A stretch of 61,607 nucleotides of DNA from positions 1 to 61,607 of the IMG/VR virus record IMGVR_UViG_3300008448_000080; one strand, given 5' to 3'. Origin of the DNA: a virus (Duplodnaviria > Caudoviricetes). Each line of letters begins with the position of its first letter. The first letter of the stretch is position 1. Below the pieces are notes generated by a model. The model had not been told where the DNA came from. It saw only the letters and a list, made by a program, of their open reading frames with translations, and ran no database searches. Positions 15,668 through 25,513 of the stretch are shown here, in pieces. The position numbers were made by a program, and so were the translations under genes.

Positions 15668-16224
15668 TTCGCTTCCTTGAAGGACAAGCCCAGGCGGGCG
15701 TTCAGGTCTTTGATCGGCAGGGCGGGCAAGTACCGGCCTGTGTCGGTTTGTTGAAACTGCTTCACGAAGGGTTCGACCTCCGGCCAGACTTCGATCAGCT
15801 TCTTGACCGTGGTCACGCTGCCCAGGATGGCTTGGGCGGAGGACTTCGCACCGGACTTCTCCAGGCTCAGGGCGTCCTTTGCCTTGCGGAAGGCGGCGTG
15901 ACGAACGGACAACGGGTGCTTGTCGTCATAGACCCGGGCGGCGTTGGCTTGGTGGGCGCAGGACAGCATCCGGTTCTCACCGAAGTACACGCGGGTGAAG
16001 TCTCCCCCGAAGGACACGCACACGTCATCGTCCACGGGAAGGAAGCCGGAGGGCAGGGCCTTCATTTTCTTCTGAACGTCCTCCGGGTACAGGTCCTGGT
16101 ACACGGCGTCACCCAGGGCGAACCATTCCTTGTCCAGTGCCTTTTCGCGTTCATCGAAGGCGTGCGAGAGGAGGCTGCTGATCACAGTCTCCTTGATGTA
16201 GTTGCTCAAGCGTACAGTTGCCAT
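15664..16224 (-). CDS. Nmad5 (nucleotide modification associated domain 5) protein
   Basis: C-terminal VTTVKKLIEVWPE...LPA...LNARLGL; position beside the TS homologue. Confidence 0.75.
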   Translation of the reverse strand: MATVRLSNYIKETVISSLLSHAFDEREKALDKEWFALGDAVYQDLYPEDVQKKMKALPSGFLPVDDDVCVSFGGDFTRVYFGENRMLSCAHQANAARVYDDKHPLSVRHAAFRKAKDALSLEKSGAKSSAQAILGSVTTVKKLIEVWPEVEPFVKQFQQTDTGRYLPALPIKDLNARLGLSFKEAK

Positions 16225-16237
16225 TTCAATTCTCCCG

Positions 16238-17194
16238 TTAAATCTTGGTTGCCTTGCGCCAGTCATACTTGCTGCGCATCTTGCCTTCGCCCAGCTTCAC
16301 CCGTTCGTACTTGTCGAACTCGCAAAGGCAGTGCTCAATGTCGCGCATCTCGAAGCGGGGGAACGTATCCTCACCACCATCCAGACGCGGCCCGAAGGTC
16401 TGCGTGAATCCCGGCTCCGCCCAGTCGTTCAGATCGTTCATCAAGTCGAACATCTCCCGGTTGGTCACTTCCGGCTTCGGCTTCGCTCCGAGGTCCCGCC
16501 CGTGGAGGCGGTTCAGCCCCCGAATAGCTCCCGGACCGGCGTTGGCCCATGAGTAAATGTCCGGGGCTTCGTTCAGGTAGCGGGTGTGGCGGAGGTCCGT
16601 GACCACTTCATAGGCCATGAACGGTCCCCAACCGATGTAGCGGGGCTCCTGAAACACCTTCCAGACCTGCTCCAGGGAGGCTTGGCGCTTGCCTTCAAGG
16701 ACTTCCACGAAGGCGGCACGGTCCTCCCACAGACGCCCAATCACGATTTCCGCGATGTAGCGGTGCTTGCTCCAGCTGTACCACTCCTTGGACTGATCGG
16801 ACTCCGCCCTGATCATGTACGCTCCGGTGTACACCTTGTCCCCGAAGGATGCCTTGGCTGCGAGGACTTCCGAGACGTTCGAGGGCGTGAAGTCCTCGTG
16901 GCTGGGCCAGGCCCCGGGCGCTTCGATCAACGTGGCCAGGGTATCGGGCCAATTGATATAGCGGGCCAACGCCAGCATGAGCCAAAGGTGTTCGTGTCCG
17001 GCGTAAGGCTTGCGGATGTTCTCCTCAATCCAGATCGTCACGGTGTCCAGTTCGCGGAACACGTTGCAGAAGCGGCCCCCGGCCAGGATGGGGTCAGCCG
17101 TCCAGGGTCCGGGTTGACCGGCCTTGCGCTTCAGGTAGATGTCGTGCCGCTCCTTGATGAAGGCGGCGAACTCGTCAATGCGAGGAGTTGTCAT
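16238..17194 (-). CDS. 5-hmdU DNA kinase helical domain protein (aGPT-Pplase1 family)
   Basis: ERH.IY..R..G...PWT.DPIL...RFCNVFRELD; GPFMAYEVVTDL; GPGA.RGL; IEHCLCEFDKY. Confidence 0.88.
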   Translation of the reverse strand: MTTPRIDEFAAFIKERHDIYLKRKAGQPGPWTADPILAGGRFCNVFRELDTVTIWIEENIRKPYAGHEHLWLMLALARYINWPDTLATLIEAPGAWPSHEDFTPSNVSEVLAAKASFGDKVYTGAYMIRAESDQSKEWYSWSKHRYIAEIVIGRLWEDRAAFVEVLEGKRQASLEQVWKVFQEPRYIGWGPFMAYEVVTDLRHTRYLNEAPDIYSWANAGPGAIRGLNRLHGRDLGAKPKPEVTNREMFDLMNDLNDWAEPGFTQTFGPRLDGGEDTFPRFEMRDIEHCLCEFDKYERVKLGEGKMRSKYDWRKATKI

Positions 17195-17207
17195 GATGGT
17201 CAATTCC

Positions 17208-17762
17208 TCAGATGATTGCGAGAAGGGCGGCGCGGGCGTCCTGCCACGGAAGGTCCAGCACGGTTTCCTTGTCGGCCAGGGCCTTGTCGCGGACCCGGGC
17301 GATGGTGCGGTGCTTGTCAGCCACCTGGTCCTCCTTGATGGGCTTGCCTCCGTTGCGCACCTGGATGCGTTCAAGGCAGGTCTGGAGCGGAGTGTCCAGG
17401 AATGCCCAAGTCATCCCTCCGTTGGCTTTCGACCACTCCTGCCACGGTCCGTAGATGGTACTGACCACCACGCCCTCGAACAGGACGGCCTTCACCTCCG
17501 GGTCCTTGCCCACGAACTCAACCACGGCCTTCGCGGCGGCTTGGGTCTTGATGCGGTCCAGGCCAGCGGTGGTAGAACCGGCGGCGGCGGGCGTGTAGTC
17601 CCCGATGATGGCGATGCCGCCGGGGCAGTAGGTGACCGGGATGGGCTTGTGGAGTTCGCCCATGTTCACGTTCGAGACGCGGCACAGGGGGTCGGTTGCG
17701 AGGCTTCGCAACAGGGTAGTCTTGCCGGAGCCGTTACAGCCCCGCACGTTGATGTATTTCAT
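17208..17762 (-). CDS. P-loop kinase, probable 5-hmdU DNA kinase
   Basis: INVRGCNGSGKTT Walker A; G.Y.......GLD; LFEG; LDTP...CL.RI..RN. Confidence 0.85.
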   Translation of the reverse strand: MKYINVRGCNGSGKTTLLRSLATDPLCRVSNVNMGELHKPIPVTYCPGGIAIIGDYTPAAAGSTTAGLDRIKTQAAAKAVVEFVGKDPEVKAVLFEGVVVSTIYGPWQEWSKANGGMTWAFLDTPLQTCLERIQVRNGGKPIKEDQVADKHRTIARVRDKALADKETVLDLPWQDARAALLAII

Positions 17763-17819
17763 CTTGGTTCTCCGTTTCTGAGTTGAATGTGGGCGGAGCC
17801 GGAGCCCCGCCCGGGGGAC

Positions 17820-19286
17820 TTACTGCTGGACCACCACCTTGATGGCTTCCAGCTTCTTCTTGATGCGGTCAGGCTGATCAGCGTCAGGCCCAGCCACGTA
17901 CTTGAAGTCAGGGGCGCGAAGGGCGCGGGCGGCTCCGAACACTTCCGAGCCGCAACGGCCCTTCAGCTTGTCTTCCGGTTTCGCATCGTCCGGTGCGCAA
18001 TACAAACAGCCCGAAGGGGCGCAGGCTTTCACCTCCTCGAAGTTCTCTGACAGGTCCTTCCGCGTGAACATCGGAACCTTCTGGCCGTGGCACTGATCGG
18101 CGGTCGTGAACTGACGGCCCACGCTTTGCCAACCACCTCCGCCTTCGCCCTTCGCGTACTCATAGCACGTGGCGTAAGTCATGCCCAGTTCGGTGGCCCA
18201 CTTCTGGTACATCGCATGAGCCTCCAAGCGGTAGGCTTGGGCAATCGTGCGCTGCGCACCGGCCTGGTTCTCCGTGAACAGGGCTTGGAACTTCCCGGCC
18301 CGCTCCGCTCCGAACCGCTTGTGAAGGCGCTCCACCATCGCGGGAGCCCAGCTGTAACCGGCCTCCACGAACTTGACGATGACGTGGTTGTTGCCGACTT
18401 CCGCCAGACGCTCAAACAACCGGCGGATGTCCTCGTGGGAGGTAATCCCGGGCACCACCGGATTCACCTGAATCGAAGTGTAGATGCCTTGGTTGCGCAG
18501 CTCACGGATTTCGTCCAGGTGCGCCTGAAGGGAGATAGCCCCGGGCGACAACTTGTGCCAGTCCGCATCGTTGCCCGTGTTCAAGGACTTCTGGGCATAG
18601 CTGAAGGGGTTTTGCTTCAGAAGGTCGAAGGCCCAATCAGGGTAGTGGAGGCGGGACAGGAAGAACACCGGCAGGCCCAAGCGCACGAACTCCTCCGCAC
18701 CGCGTTGGGTGTTGTGGTACACCTCCTCAATCGGCAGGAACGGGTCCGTGAAGCTGGAGAAGTAACCGGCGGCGGAGGTGTGGACCTTGGACAGCTGGTT
18801 GCGGACCTGCTCCCCGTAGTTCATCGGCACGCTGATCAGGCCAGAGCCCCGATAACCCCGGAACCCGCTGTTGACATAGCAGAAGGCGCAACCCACGGTG
18901 CAATACCCGCCATAAGGCTCCGTCAGGATAGCTTCCGAGAAGCAAGGACGCGGACGGCTCCCCTGCTTGTCGTTGTGCTTGTCCTGGTACCAACCTTGCA
19001 GCGGCTTCGCGTTCGGAATGCGCAGGTGCGGCACGTAGGTCTTGTCATTGAATCCGAGGTACACCTTGACCTCCTTCTTGGACTCATCGGGGGCGTTGCG
19101 GACCATGCCAACCTTCGCCATGCGGAACTTCGCACGCATGCCGGTCAGCGGGTCATCCTCCTCCTCGATTGGGCCCAGGAACTCACGCTGGTTCGGGTCC
19201 GGGCGCATGAAATACTTGTAAGCCTCCTGGGCTTCTTCGCCTGTGTTCTCCTCCAGCCATTTGCTGTGGTCGTGTTCGCTTTGCAT
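17820..19286 (-). CDS. Radical SAM enzyme (M6-type DNA modification isomerase)
   Basis: CTVGCAFC CxxxCxxC motif; additional C-terminal Cys cluster; cluster context. Confidence 0.88.
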   Translation of the reverse strand: MQSEHDHSKWLEENTGEEAQEAYKYFMRPDPNQREFLGPIEEEDDPLTGMRAKFRMAKVGMVRNAPDESKKEVKVYLGFNDKTYVPHLRIPNAKPLQGWYQDKHNDKQGSRPRPCFSEAILTEPYGGYCTVGCAFCYVNSGFRGYRGSGLISVPMNYGEQVRNQLSKVHTSAAGYFSSFTDPFLPIEEVYHNTQRGAEEFVRLGLPVFFLSRLHYPDWAFDLLKQNPFSYAQKSLNTGNDADWHKLSPGAISLQAHLDEIRELRNQGIYTSIQVNPVVPGITSHEDIRRLFERLAEVGNNHVIVKFVEAGYSWAPAMVERLHKRFGAERAGKFQALFTENQAGAQRTIAQAYRLEAHAMYQKWATELGMTYATCYEYAKGEGGGGWQSVGRQFTTADQCHGQKVPMFTRKDLSENFEEVKACAPSGCLYCAPDDAKPEDKLKGRCGSEVFGAARALRAPDFKYVAGPDADQPDRIKKKLEAIKVVVQQ

Positions 19287-19314
19287 CGTCTGATTCTCCG
19301 GTAGTGTGTGAAAA

Positions 19315-19343
19315 AGTATAGGGGGTGAGGGGGAAGAAGTAAA
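19315..19343 (-). promoter_or_regulatory. Phage promoter TTTACT-N17-TATACT upstream of the radical SAM gene
   Basis: Same motif family as the other copies. Confidence 0.7.
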
Positions 19344-19352
19344 GTGAACCAA

Positions 19353-19511
19353 TCATTTATCGTTTGGCTCCTCCCGCTTCTTCCGCCAGCGTTCTTTGGC
19401 GGCTTCGGACATCTTCCGCCGGTGCTCCTCCGTGAACACGCGGCCCTTCATGCGTTCGGAGTGCTCCCGGCGCTGGGCTTCGTCCCGGGGGCGTCCCTTC
19501 GGATAGCCCAT
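19353..19511 (-). CDS. Stand-alone NUMOD3-repeat peptide (homing endonuclease remnant)
   Basis: MGYPKGRPRDEAQRREHSERMKGRVFTEEHRRKMSEAAK, 52 aa, no nuclease domain. Confidence 0.65.
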   Translation of the reverse strand: MGYPKGRPRDEAQRREHSERMKGRVFTEEHRRKMSEAAKERWRKKREEPNDK

Positions 19512-19515
19512 GGCG

Positions 19516-20355
19516 TCAGTCCCCAATGTTCCAGAACACGATGGGCTTGTGAGCCAACGGCTCCAAGTTCTCCGGCTGTTGAAGCCAGTTCCACGCCTTC
19601 TGGTCATAGTAGGGGTTGCACGGGAACGGAACGGACACGCTGCTGGGCGCGGCGTCAGCGTAGTTGTAGCCCTCATCCACGAAGCGGACCCGCTCCGTCA
19701 GCTGAATCCCGGCGGCACGTTCGATGTATGCGCGGGTGGAGTCCTGACTGCGGGAGTACCCCATGTTGAGAATGACGTCATACCCGTCCAGGATACCGGC
19801 CTGCTTGAAGCCCAGGAGGACCCCGGCGGCAACCGTCCCGGAGCTGATGGACAGAATCAGGGTGCCTTCGCCCGGGAGGTCCGGGGCGGTGCGCAGGGCT
19901 TCTGCGGCGTTCTCCGTGATCGACTCCGGCAGCTTCAGGGCGTTGGGCATCAGGTAGCCGTTCTGGTAGCCCTCCATCAGGCGCTTGCGCGCTCCGTGGT
20001 ACAGGACTGCGGAGCGGCCCGCCGGAAGGTCCACCAGGTCCGCTCCGAGCTGGCGGGCACGCTGCTGCTGAATGCGCGGGGCGTCCGCGTTCCCGTCCTT
20101 CTTGTAGCGGGGCCAGAAGTCCACGCACTTGCGTCCGAGGTGGTTGCAAACGTAGGCCACCGCGTGTCCGGCCTTCGAGTGGTACGTGTCCAGGACCCCG
20201 ATGACCTGCTCAGGGCGGTTCTTGATATGGGCCACCACCCCGCGTATCTTGCTGAAGGACGGACCGGGCAGCGGGGCGCAAAGGTCCTCACGCTTGACGA
20301 TGACGGAGACGCCCCGGAGGTCGTGGACTTCGAGCGGTGTGTTGTTGACGATCAT
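19516..20355 (-). CDS. PLP-dependent enzyme (fold type II), probable DNA-linked amino acid decarboxylase
   Basis: TPLE...VKREDL......FSKIRG (PLP lysine); [10 protein letters not shown]; YDQKAW; FWNIG. Confidence 0.87.
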   Translation of the reverse strand: MIVNNTPLEVHDLRGVSVIVKREDLCAPLPGPSFSKIRGVVAHIKNRPEQVIGVLDTYHSKAGHAVAYVCNHLGRKCVDFWPRYKKDGNADAPRIQQQRARQLGADLVDLPAGRSAVLYHGARKRLMEGYQNGYLMPNALKLPESITENAAEALRTAPDLPGEGTLILSISSGTVAAGVLLGFKQAGILDGYDVILNMGYSRSQDSTRAYIERAAGIQLTERVRFVDEGYNYADAAPSSVSVPFPCNPYYDQKAWNWLQQPENLEPLAHKPIVFWNIGD

Positions 20356-21230
20356 GATTGCTCCTTGGGCATGTGGTGGAGGAAGGCGCGGGCGGCGGGG
20401 CACGAAGCGGCCCAGGGTTCGAGTCCGGTGTTGATCTCCCGGATGTCGTTCCAGATCGGGTAGTGACCATTCATGTGCGACTTCCACTTGCACAGAACCG
20501 TCTCCACCTCCTGGATGTTGATTGGGCGGTCGGACAGGGGCGGGGCTTCGAGGTCCCGGAAGTGCCCAATCAGGTACTCCGCCACCCCGTTCAGGATGAC
20601 CTCCCGCTTGGGCTTCGCGTTCTCCGGGTACTTGTGGCCCTGACGGAGCTGCCACAGCACCATCGCGGCCTTCTCCGGGTCCTTGAACATGAACACGGCG
20701 GCGTTGTCGAAGTCCACCGGGACCTCCATCACGCGGTCCATCATGTCCGCAATCTTGAACCCAATCCATGGTCCGAAGCCGTTGTGCTCCTGAGCACGCT
20801 GCGAGACGGTCCGGAAGGGCAGGCGCTCATCCTCCGTTGCCCTTGCGCCCACGTACAGGGCGAAGTTCTCCGGGCGGTCCCCGTACCGCTTCTGGAGGGA
20901 CGATACAGAGTTGACCGCAATTGCTGCGCGGAAGTGGCGGCGCTCATGTCCCCGTGGCCATCGTCCGCCCACGGGGGTTTCGTTCGCGTTCTCCGCTGCG
21001 ATCATCATCCAGTGCCAGAACTCCTCCCCCTCCTTCTCGCTGAGGAAGGACGCAACGGCGGCGCTGTAGTAACACCAATATGCGACCATCCAGCGGCAGA
21101 GCTGGGGGATGGAGAAGTCACCGGCCTTCTCCGCCTTCACCAAGGCGATGTAAATGGGGTCCAGGTCCCCGGAGGTGATCAGTTGTCGCCCAAAGGACTC
21201 GATGTCCAGGCGTGGGTAGTTTCTGCTCAT
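20352..21230 (-). CDS. Amino acid:DNA transferase (aGPT-Pplase2 family)
   Basis: [43 protein letters not shown]. Confidence 0.88.
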   Translation of the reverse strand: MSRNYPRLDIESFGRQLITSGDLDPIYIALVKAEKAGDFSIPQLCRWMVAYWCYYSAAVASFLSEKEGEEFWHWMMIAAENANETPVGGRWPRGHERRHFRAAIAVNSVSSLQKRYGDRPENFALYVGARATEDERLPFRTVSQRAQEHNGFGPWIGFKIADMMDRVMEVPVDFDNAAVFMFKDPEKAAMVLWQLRQGHKYPENAKPKREVILNGVAEYLIGHFRDLEAPPLSDRPINIQEVETVLCKWKSHMNGHYPIWNDIREINTGLEPWAASCPAARAFLHHMPKEQS

Positions 21231-21240
21231 TGTACAAGTC

Positions 21241-21510
21241 TCACAAGAATGATTTGCTAATTTTCCCGCTCAGGTCCTTCAGGATTTCCCAATCTGAGAA
21301 TTGGGCACTGAAGGAAGGACTCATGCGGACTTCTTTGTTCACATGAATACGGGAGTGGACGGTGAGCCACTTGCTGTCCCCGTCCTCCGTGATCACAACG
21401 TGAATCCAGGGCGGGAGCTTTGAGGGCTCCATCCTGTACCCACGTTCTGCCGGATACTCAACCCGGCAGAGCAGGTAGTCATAGGTGCGCTCAACAGCGG
21501 CCATAGCCAC
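21241..21510 (-). CDS. Hypothetical protein
   Basis: 89-aa ORF with GAGG SD. Confidence 0.6.
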   Translation of the reverse strand: MAMAAVERTYDYLLCRVEYPAERGYRMEPSKLPPWIHVVITEDGDSKWLTVHSRIHVNKEVRMSPSFSAQFSDWEILKDLSGKISKSFL

Positions 21511-21511
21511 C

Positions 21512-22177
21512 TCAGACTTCGAGGCGTGCTTGACGTGCGTCAGCCTTGGCTTTGCCCTTCAGGGGCGTGTGGGCGGGGATGCCCTTTGTACCGGCGGGGA
21601 GGACGATGACGAAGCGTTCAGTGCCTTCTTCATCGAACACAGAGCGGACACCATAGCCCTTGAGCTTCATGTCCCAACCGAAGCCGGAGCGCACGGTGGC
21701 TTCGGTCCAGGGCTTGTTACCGCCGGACAGGGCGGCAACCAGTTCGTCCATCGTGGCTCCGCCTTCGCGGGACAGGACATCCAGCAGGAGGGCTTGCTTG
21801 GAGCCTTCGCGGCAGGGCAGAGGGGCGAAGCCGGGGGCGGCAAGGTTGGTGCCACGGGACTTGGCGGGCTTTTTCACGGGGGTTTCCTTCTTCGAGGGAG
21901 CCAGCAGAGCCGTTGCCCAGTTCGAGGACGCAACCGGAGCGGTCACCACTTCTTCGACTTCTTCAACAACCTTGTCAGCTGCGGTTTCGACCGGGAGCTG
22001 TTGGAGCAACTTCCAGGTACGGCTGACAGCGGACTTCTTGTCAGCGAAGCGGGCCACCGGCTTGCCGGTGTTCAGGGCTTCGGAGACGGCGTTGAACAAT
22101 TCAACCAAAGCGGAGCCAGACAGGTTGTTCAGGGCGGCTTCGGTGTAGCTGGCGTTGTTGAAAGTGATCGTGGTCAT
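21512..22177 (-). CDS. DUF3489-like winged-helix protein
   Basis: GSKQALLLDVLSREGGATMDEL.......W...TVRSG motif; strong promoter and leader upstream. Confidence 0.7.
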   Translation of the reverse strand: MTTITFNNASYTEAALNNLSGSALVELFNAVSEALNTGKPVARFADKKSAVSRTWKLLQQLPVETAADKVVEEVEEVVTAPVASSNWATALLAPSKKETPVKKPAKSRGTNLAAPGFAPLPCREGSKQALLLDVLSREGGATMDELVAALSGGNKPWTEATVRSGFGWDMKLKGYGVRSVFDEEGTERFVIVLPAGTKGIPAHTPLKGKAKADARQARLEV

Positions 22178-22234
22178 GATGAGCTCCATTTCTGAGGGTT
22201 GAGTTCCGGTCCGTTTCGTTCGACCGTGAGAAGA

Positions 22235-22264
22235 AGTATAGTGCCATTCTTGCGAAAAAGTAAA
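22235..22264 (-). promoter_or_regulatory. Phage promoter TTTACT-N18-TATACT flanked by a 13-bp inverted repeat (22218-22230 / 22288-22300)
   Basis: Directly visible in sequence. Confidence 0.75.
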
Positions 22265-22324
22265 GTGGACGGCAAAATAATTTCTGGCTCACGGTCGAAC
22301 CAGGCCCCGGAGGGCCTTCAGGCG

Positions 22325-24196
22325 TCACTCACACTCACGGCGTCCCGTGGCGGGGTCGATGCGACACTGGCTGGCGGGTTCTTCGGTCTGGGCTTCCCCG
22401 GCCTCCGCGTCCTCACTGCCATCATCGTTCACCACCAGGATGCCGGAGCGTTTGCCGCCCAAGCGGAAGGTGGTGCAGCCCTTCGCTCCGCCTTCCCAGG
22501 CGCTCACGTACACGTTCTTGAAGTCCTCCCAGGTGATGTCGGAGGGCACGTTGCAGGTCTTGCTCACGGCGGAGTCCACGCGTTGCGCGGCGGTCGTGAG
22601 AGCGGCCACGTGTTCCTGGACCGTGACGCGGGAGCAGGCCTTGCCGCGAACTCCGAACACGCGGGCACCGTAGTCCTCCACCGTCTCCACGCGGGGTCCG
22701 CTGAACTCCACCACCGTGCGGTCGAAGGAGTATGCGAACACTGGCTCAATGCCGGAGGAGACGTTGTCAGCGCACAAACTGATCGTGCCGGTCGGTGCGA
22801 TGGAGGTCAGGTGCGAGTTCCGGATGCCGTGTTGGGCGATGGCCTCACGCACGTCCTCCCGGAGGGTCTTGATGAACGCACCCTGCAGGTACTTCTCCTT
22901 GTCGAACATCGGGAAGGAGCCCTTGACCTTGGCGATGTGGGCGCTGGCCAGGTAGGACTCATCACGCAACGTGTCGAGCACTTCAGCCTCAAAGCGGAGG
23001 AAGCCGGGGGAACCGTACAGGTGGCCCAGGGCTTCGGCAGCGTTGGCCAGGCCGGTAATGCCCAGGCCCATGCGGCGCTTGTCGTGGGCTTCCTTCTTCT
23101 GCTGCGGGAGCGGATAGATGGCGCGGTCAACCACGTTGTCCATAGCACGAACCACGTGTGGGATGTCCTCCTTGTACTGCTCCCAGTCGAAGGCGAACTT
23201 GCCGGAGCCGTCCTTGACAACGTACTTGGCCAGGTTGAAGGAGCCCAAGAGGCACGCACCGTAGGGCGGGAGCGGTTGCTCACCGCAGGGGTTCGTGGCG
23301 GCAATCGTCTCGCAGTACCACAAGTTGTTCATGCGGTTGATCGCGTCGATGAACAGCACCCCGGGTTCCGCCCAATCCCAGGTTCCGCGCATGATCGACT
23401 CCCACAGGGCGCGGGCGTCCACTTCGCGGTACACGCGGCCATCGAACCGGAGCGGGAAGGACTTGCCAGCGGCAACGCACTCCATGAACTCATCGGTGAT
23501 CGCCACGGAGACGTTGAAGCCGGTCAGCTTCAGGGTACTCTGCAGGGAGAAGATCATTTGCTGCTTCTGCGGGCCTTCCGGCATTGCGGCCACCATGTCC
23601 CAGAGCGGCTGAACGTCCCGGGCGGGTTGCTTCGCGTGAATGAACTCCTCAATGTCGGGATGGTCCACGCGGAGGACCCCCATTTGTGCACCCCGGCGGT
23701 GACCCGAAGAAGCCACGCAGCGGCAGATCGCGTCGAAGATGTGCATGAAGGAGACGGGACCGGAGGAGTGCGAGTGGAGCTTGCGAATCAAGTCACCACG
23801 CGGACGGAGGGTGCTGAAGTCATAGCCGATACCCCCGCCCATACGCATCGTTGCGGCGGCTTCGGCAGCGCGGGCCATGATGTGGCCGTCACCGTCCACG
23901 AAGCTGTCATTGATCGTGCCGCTGACATAGCAGTTGTACGGGGTCACTTGACGGGTGGAGCCCATCGCGGATTGAATGCGGCCCGCCGGGAGGAAGCGCA
24001 TGTTGAGCAGGGCGTCCCGGAAGTCCGCAAAGTGGCGGTCATCGTCCTTCAGGGAGGCGGCAATGCGGTTCATCGCTTCGCGGAAGGCTTCGCCCTCCCC
24101 GCGATACTTCTGGGCGTGTAATTCTTGTGAGTAGGGGACTTGTGGACCGTGCATGTTGCGCTTCTCCGGGTTGAGTTGTTGAAAAGTTCGTATCAT
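22325..24196 (-). CDS. nrdJ: Ribonucleotide reductase, class II (B12-dependent)
   Basis: PYNCYV, GGGIG, RRGAQM, TNPCGEQPL, RRMGLG, IAPTGTIS, KGCTTFR, C-terminal Cys pair; no NrdB partner gene. Confidence 0.92.
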   Translation of the reverse strand: MIRTFQQLNPEKRNMHGPQVPYSQELHAQKYRGEGEAFREAMNRIAASLKDDDRHFADFRDALLNMRFLPAGRIQSAMGSTRQVTPYNCYVSGTINDSFVDGDGHIMARAAEAAATMRMGGGIGYDFSTLRPRGDLIRKLHSHSSGPVSFMHIFDAICRCVASSGHRRGAQMGVLRVDHPDIEEFIHAKQPARDVQPLWDMVAAMPEGPQKQQMIFSLQSTLKLTGFNVSVAITDEFMECVAAGKSFPLRFDGRVYREVDARALWESIMRGTWDWAEPGVLFIDAINRMNNLWYCETIAATNPCGEQPLPPYGACLLGSFNLAKYVVKDGSGKFAFDWEQYKEDIPHVVRAMDNVVDRAIYPLPQQKKEAHDKRRMGLGITGLANAAEALGHLYGSPGFLRFEAEVLDTLRDESYLASAHIAKVKGSFPMFDKEKYLQGAFIKTLREDVREAIAQHGIRNSHLTSIAPTGTISLCADNVSSGIEPVFAYSFDRTVVEFSGPRVETVEDYGARVFGVRGKACSRVTVQEHVAALTTAAQRVDSAVSKTCNVPSDITWEDFKNVYVSAWEGGAKGCTTFRLGGKRSGILVVNDDGSEDAEAGEAQTEEPASQCRIDPATGRRECE

Positions 24197-24218
24197 ATCG
24201 CTGCTCCTGTGTTTTGGG

Positions 24219-25421
24219 CTACATCATCACCACGTCAATCCGTTCGGCAGCGCGGGTGATTGCGGTGTACAACCACTGGCGGCGGTCCTTCCCGTACCAC
24301 TCGTCAAACAGCAGGACGTTGTTCCATTGGGAGCCCTGGGACTTGTGAACCGTGAGGGCGTACCCATAGTCAAACTCCTCCGCCTCCTTCTTCTCCCAAT
24401 ACTCCGGCTGATTGCCGTGGAAGTAGTGAGGGTGGGCGGTGAGTTCCACGCGGGTCCCTTCATCGCTTTCGACCTCCATGATCACGTAGTCCCCGTCAAA
24501 GATGGAATCAGTGCGGGACTTCCAGAGCTGACCGTTGAGCAGGCCCATCTCATGGTTGTTGCGAAGGCACACCAGCTTGTCCCCGGCTTGCGGCAGGGCG
24601 TTCGTCCGCCCAAGGAGTTCCCGGGCACGGTTGTTGCTGCTGATTCTCGTGGCGTTCCTGCCAACCAGGAGCTGGTCCGTGGACAGGACTACCTCCCGGA
24701 GTTCTTCGCGTGGCAGGTGCTGGTAGGGCACCACGCGGCTGTCCCCGTAGGAACCCGGGCGGAGGGCACGGCCTTCGCGGACCTCCTGCGACATCCAGAT
24801 GATCGGGTTGTCCCGGGCTTGCCGGTGAATCTCCGTCAGGAGGAGGTCCGGGGCCTGGTCGAAGAAGGACGCCCCGCGAACCGGCGGGAGCTGGCACGGG
24901 TCGCCCAGGGCAAGGATTGGGCAACCGAAGCTGAGCAGGTCCTCCCCCATCTGGGTGTCAATCATCGAATACTCATCCACCACCAGGAGCGCAGCGCCCA
25001 ACAAGGGGCTTTCCGAGTTCAGCTGGAACGTGGGGCGGGCCAGGTTGGTTTTCTCCGCCAGGATAGCGGCCTCAACCTTCTCGATCATGACCTTGGGCAA
25101 CGGGTTGTGCGTGAGCAGCTTCGCCCGCTCCGCTTCGAGGTCCTTCAGGCGCTGCTGGGACTTGTCCTTGGGCGTGTAGATCAGCTTGTGTATCGTGCTC
25201 ACGTTGGTCGCTCCGGACTTCGAGAGGACGTGCGCGGCCTTGCCGGTGTAGGCGGCGAAGTACACGGGACCGTTGACTGTCGCGGCCAGGTGCTTCGCCA
25301 GCGTGGTCTTGCCGGTTCCGGCGTACCCGGCCAGCTGGAACACGGGCTTGTCCTTTGTCTTCAACCAACGCCCAACACGGTCCAGGGCGGAGGCTTGCTG
25401 AGGACTCCAATTTGTTGACAT
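24219..25421 (-). CDS. SF1 RecD/Dda-like DNA helicase
   Basis: GYAGTGKTT, TIHKLIY, VDEYSM, GDPCQLPPV, YALTVHKSQGSQW, LYTAITRA. Confidence 0.92.
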   Translation of the reverse strand: MSTNWSPQQASALDRVGRWLKTKDKPVFQLAGYAGTGKTTLAKHLAATVNGPVYFAAYTGKAAHVLSKSGATNVSTIHKLIYTPKDKSQQRLKDLEAERAKLLTHNPLPKVMIEKVEAAILAEKTNLARPTFQLNSESPLLGAALLVVDEYSMIDTQMGEDLLSFGCPILALGDPCQLPPVRGASFFDQAPDLLLTEIHRQARDNPIIWMSQEVREGRALRPGSYGDSRVVPYQHLPREELREVVLSTDQLLVGRNATRISSNNRARELLGRTNALPQAGDKLVCLRNNHEMGLLNGQLWKSRTDSIFDGDYVIMEVESDEGTRVELTAHPHYFHGNQPEYWEKKEAEEFDYGYALTVHKSQGSQWNNVLLFDEWYGKDRRQWLYTAITRAAERIDVVMM

Positions 25422-25440
25422 ATGTTTCTCCGTTTCTGAT

Positions 25441-25469
25441 GAAAAAGAAGGGGACCCGAAGGCCCCCTT
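25441..25469 (-). terminator. Intrinsic terminator
   Basis: Minus strand AAGGGGGCC-TTCG-GGTCCCCTT followed by CTTTTT. Confidence 0.75.
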
Positions 25470-25513
25470 GAAAGAACCCGGGCAGGGAGGACCCCCGTGG
25501 CAACTGCTCAGTC

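Noticed and set aside
17791-17812. Hairpins at 17791, 22302, 45450 and 56511 as terminators
   Set aside because: Stems are real but lack a clear U-tract on the coding strand; they may be stabilising or processing hairpins, so they are not called
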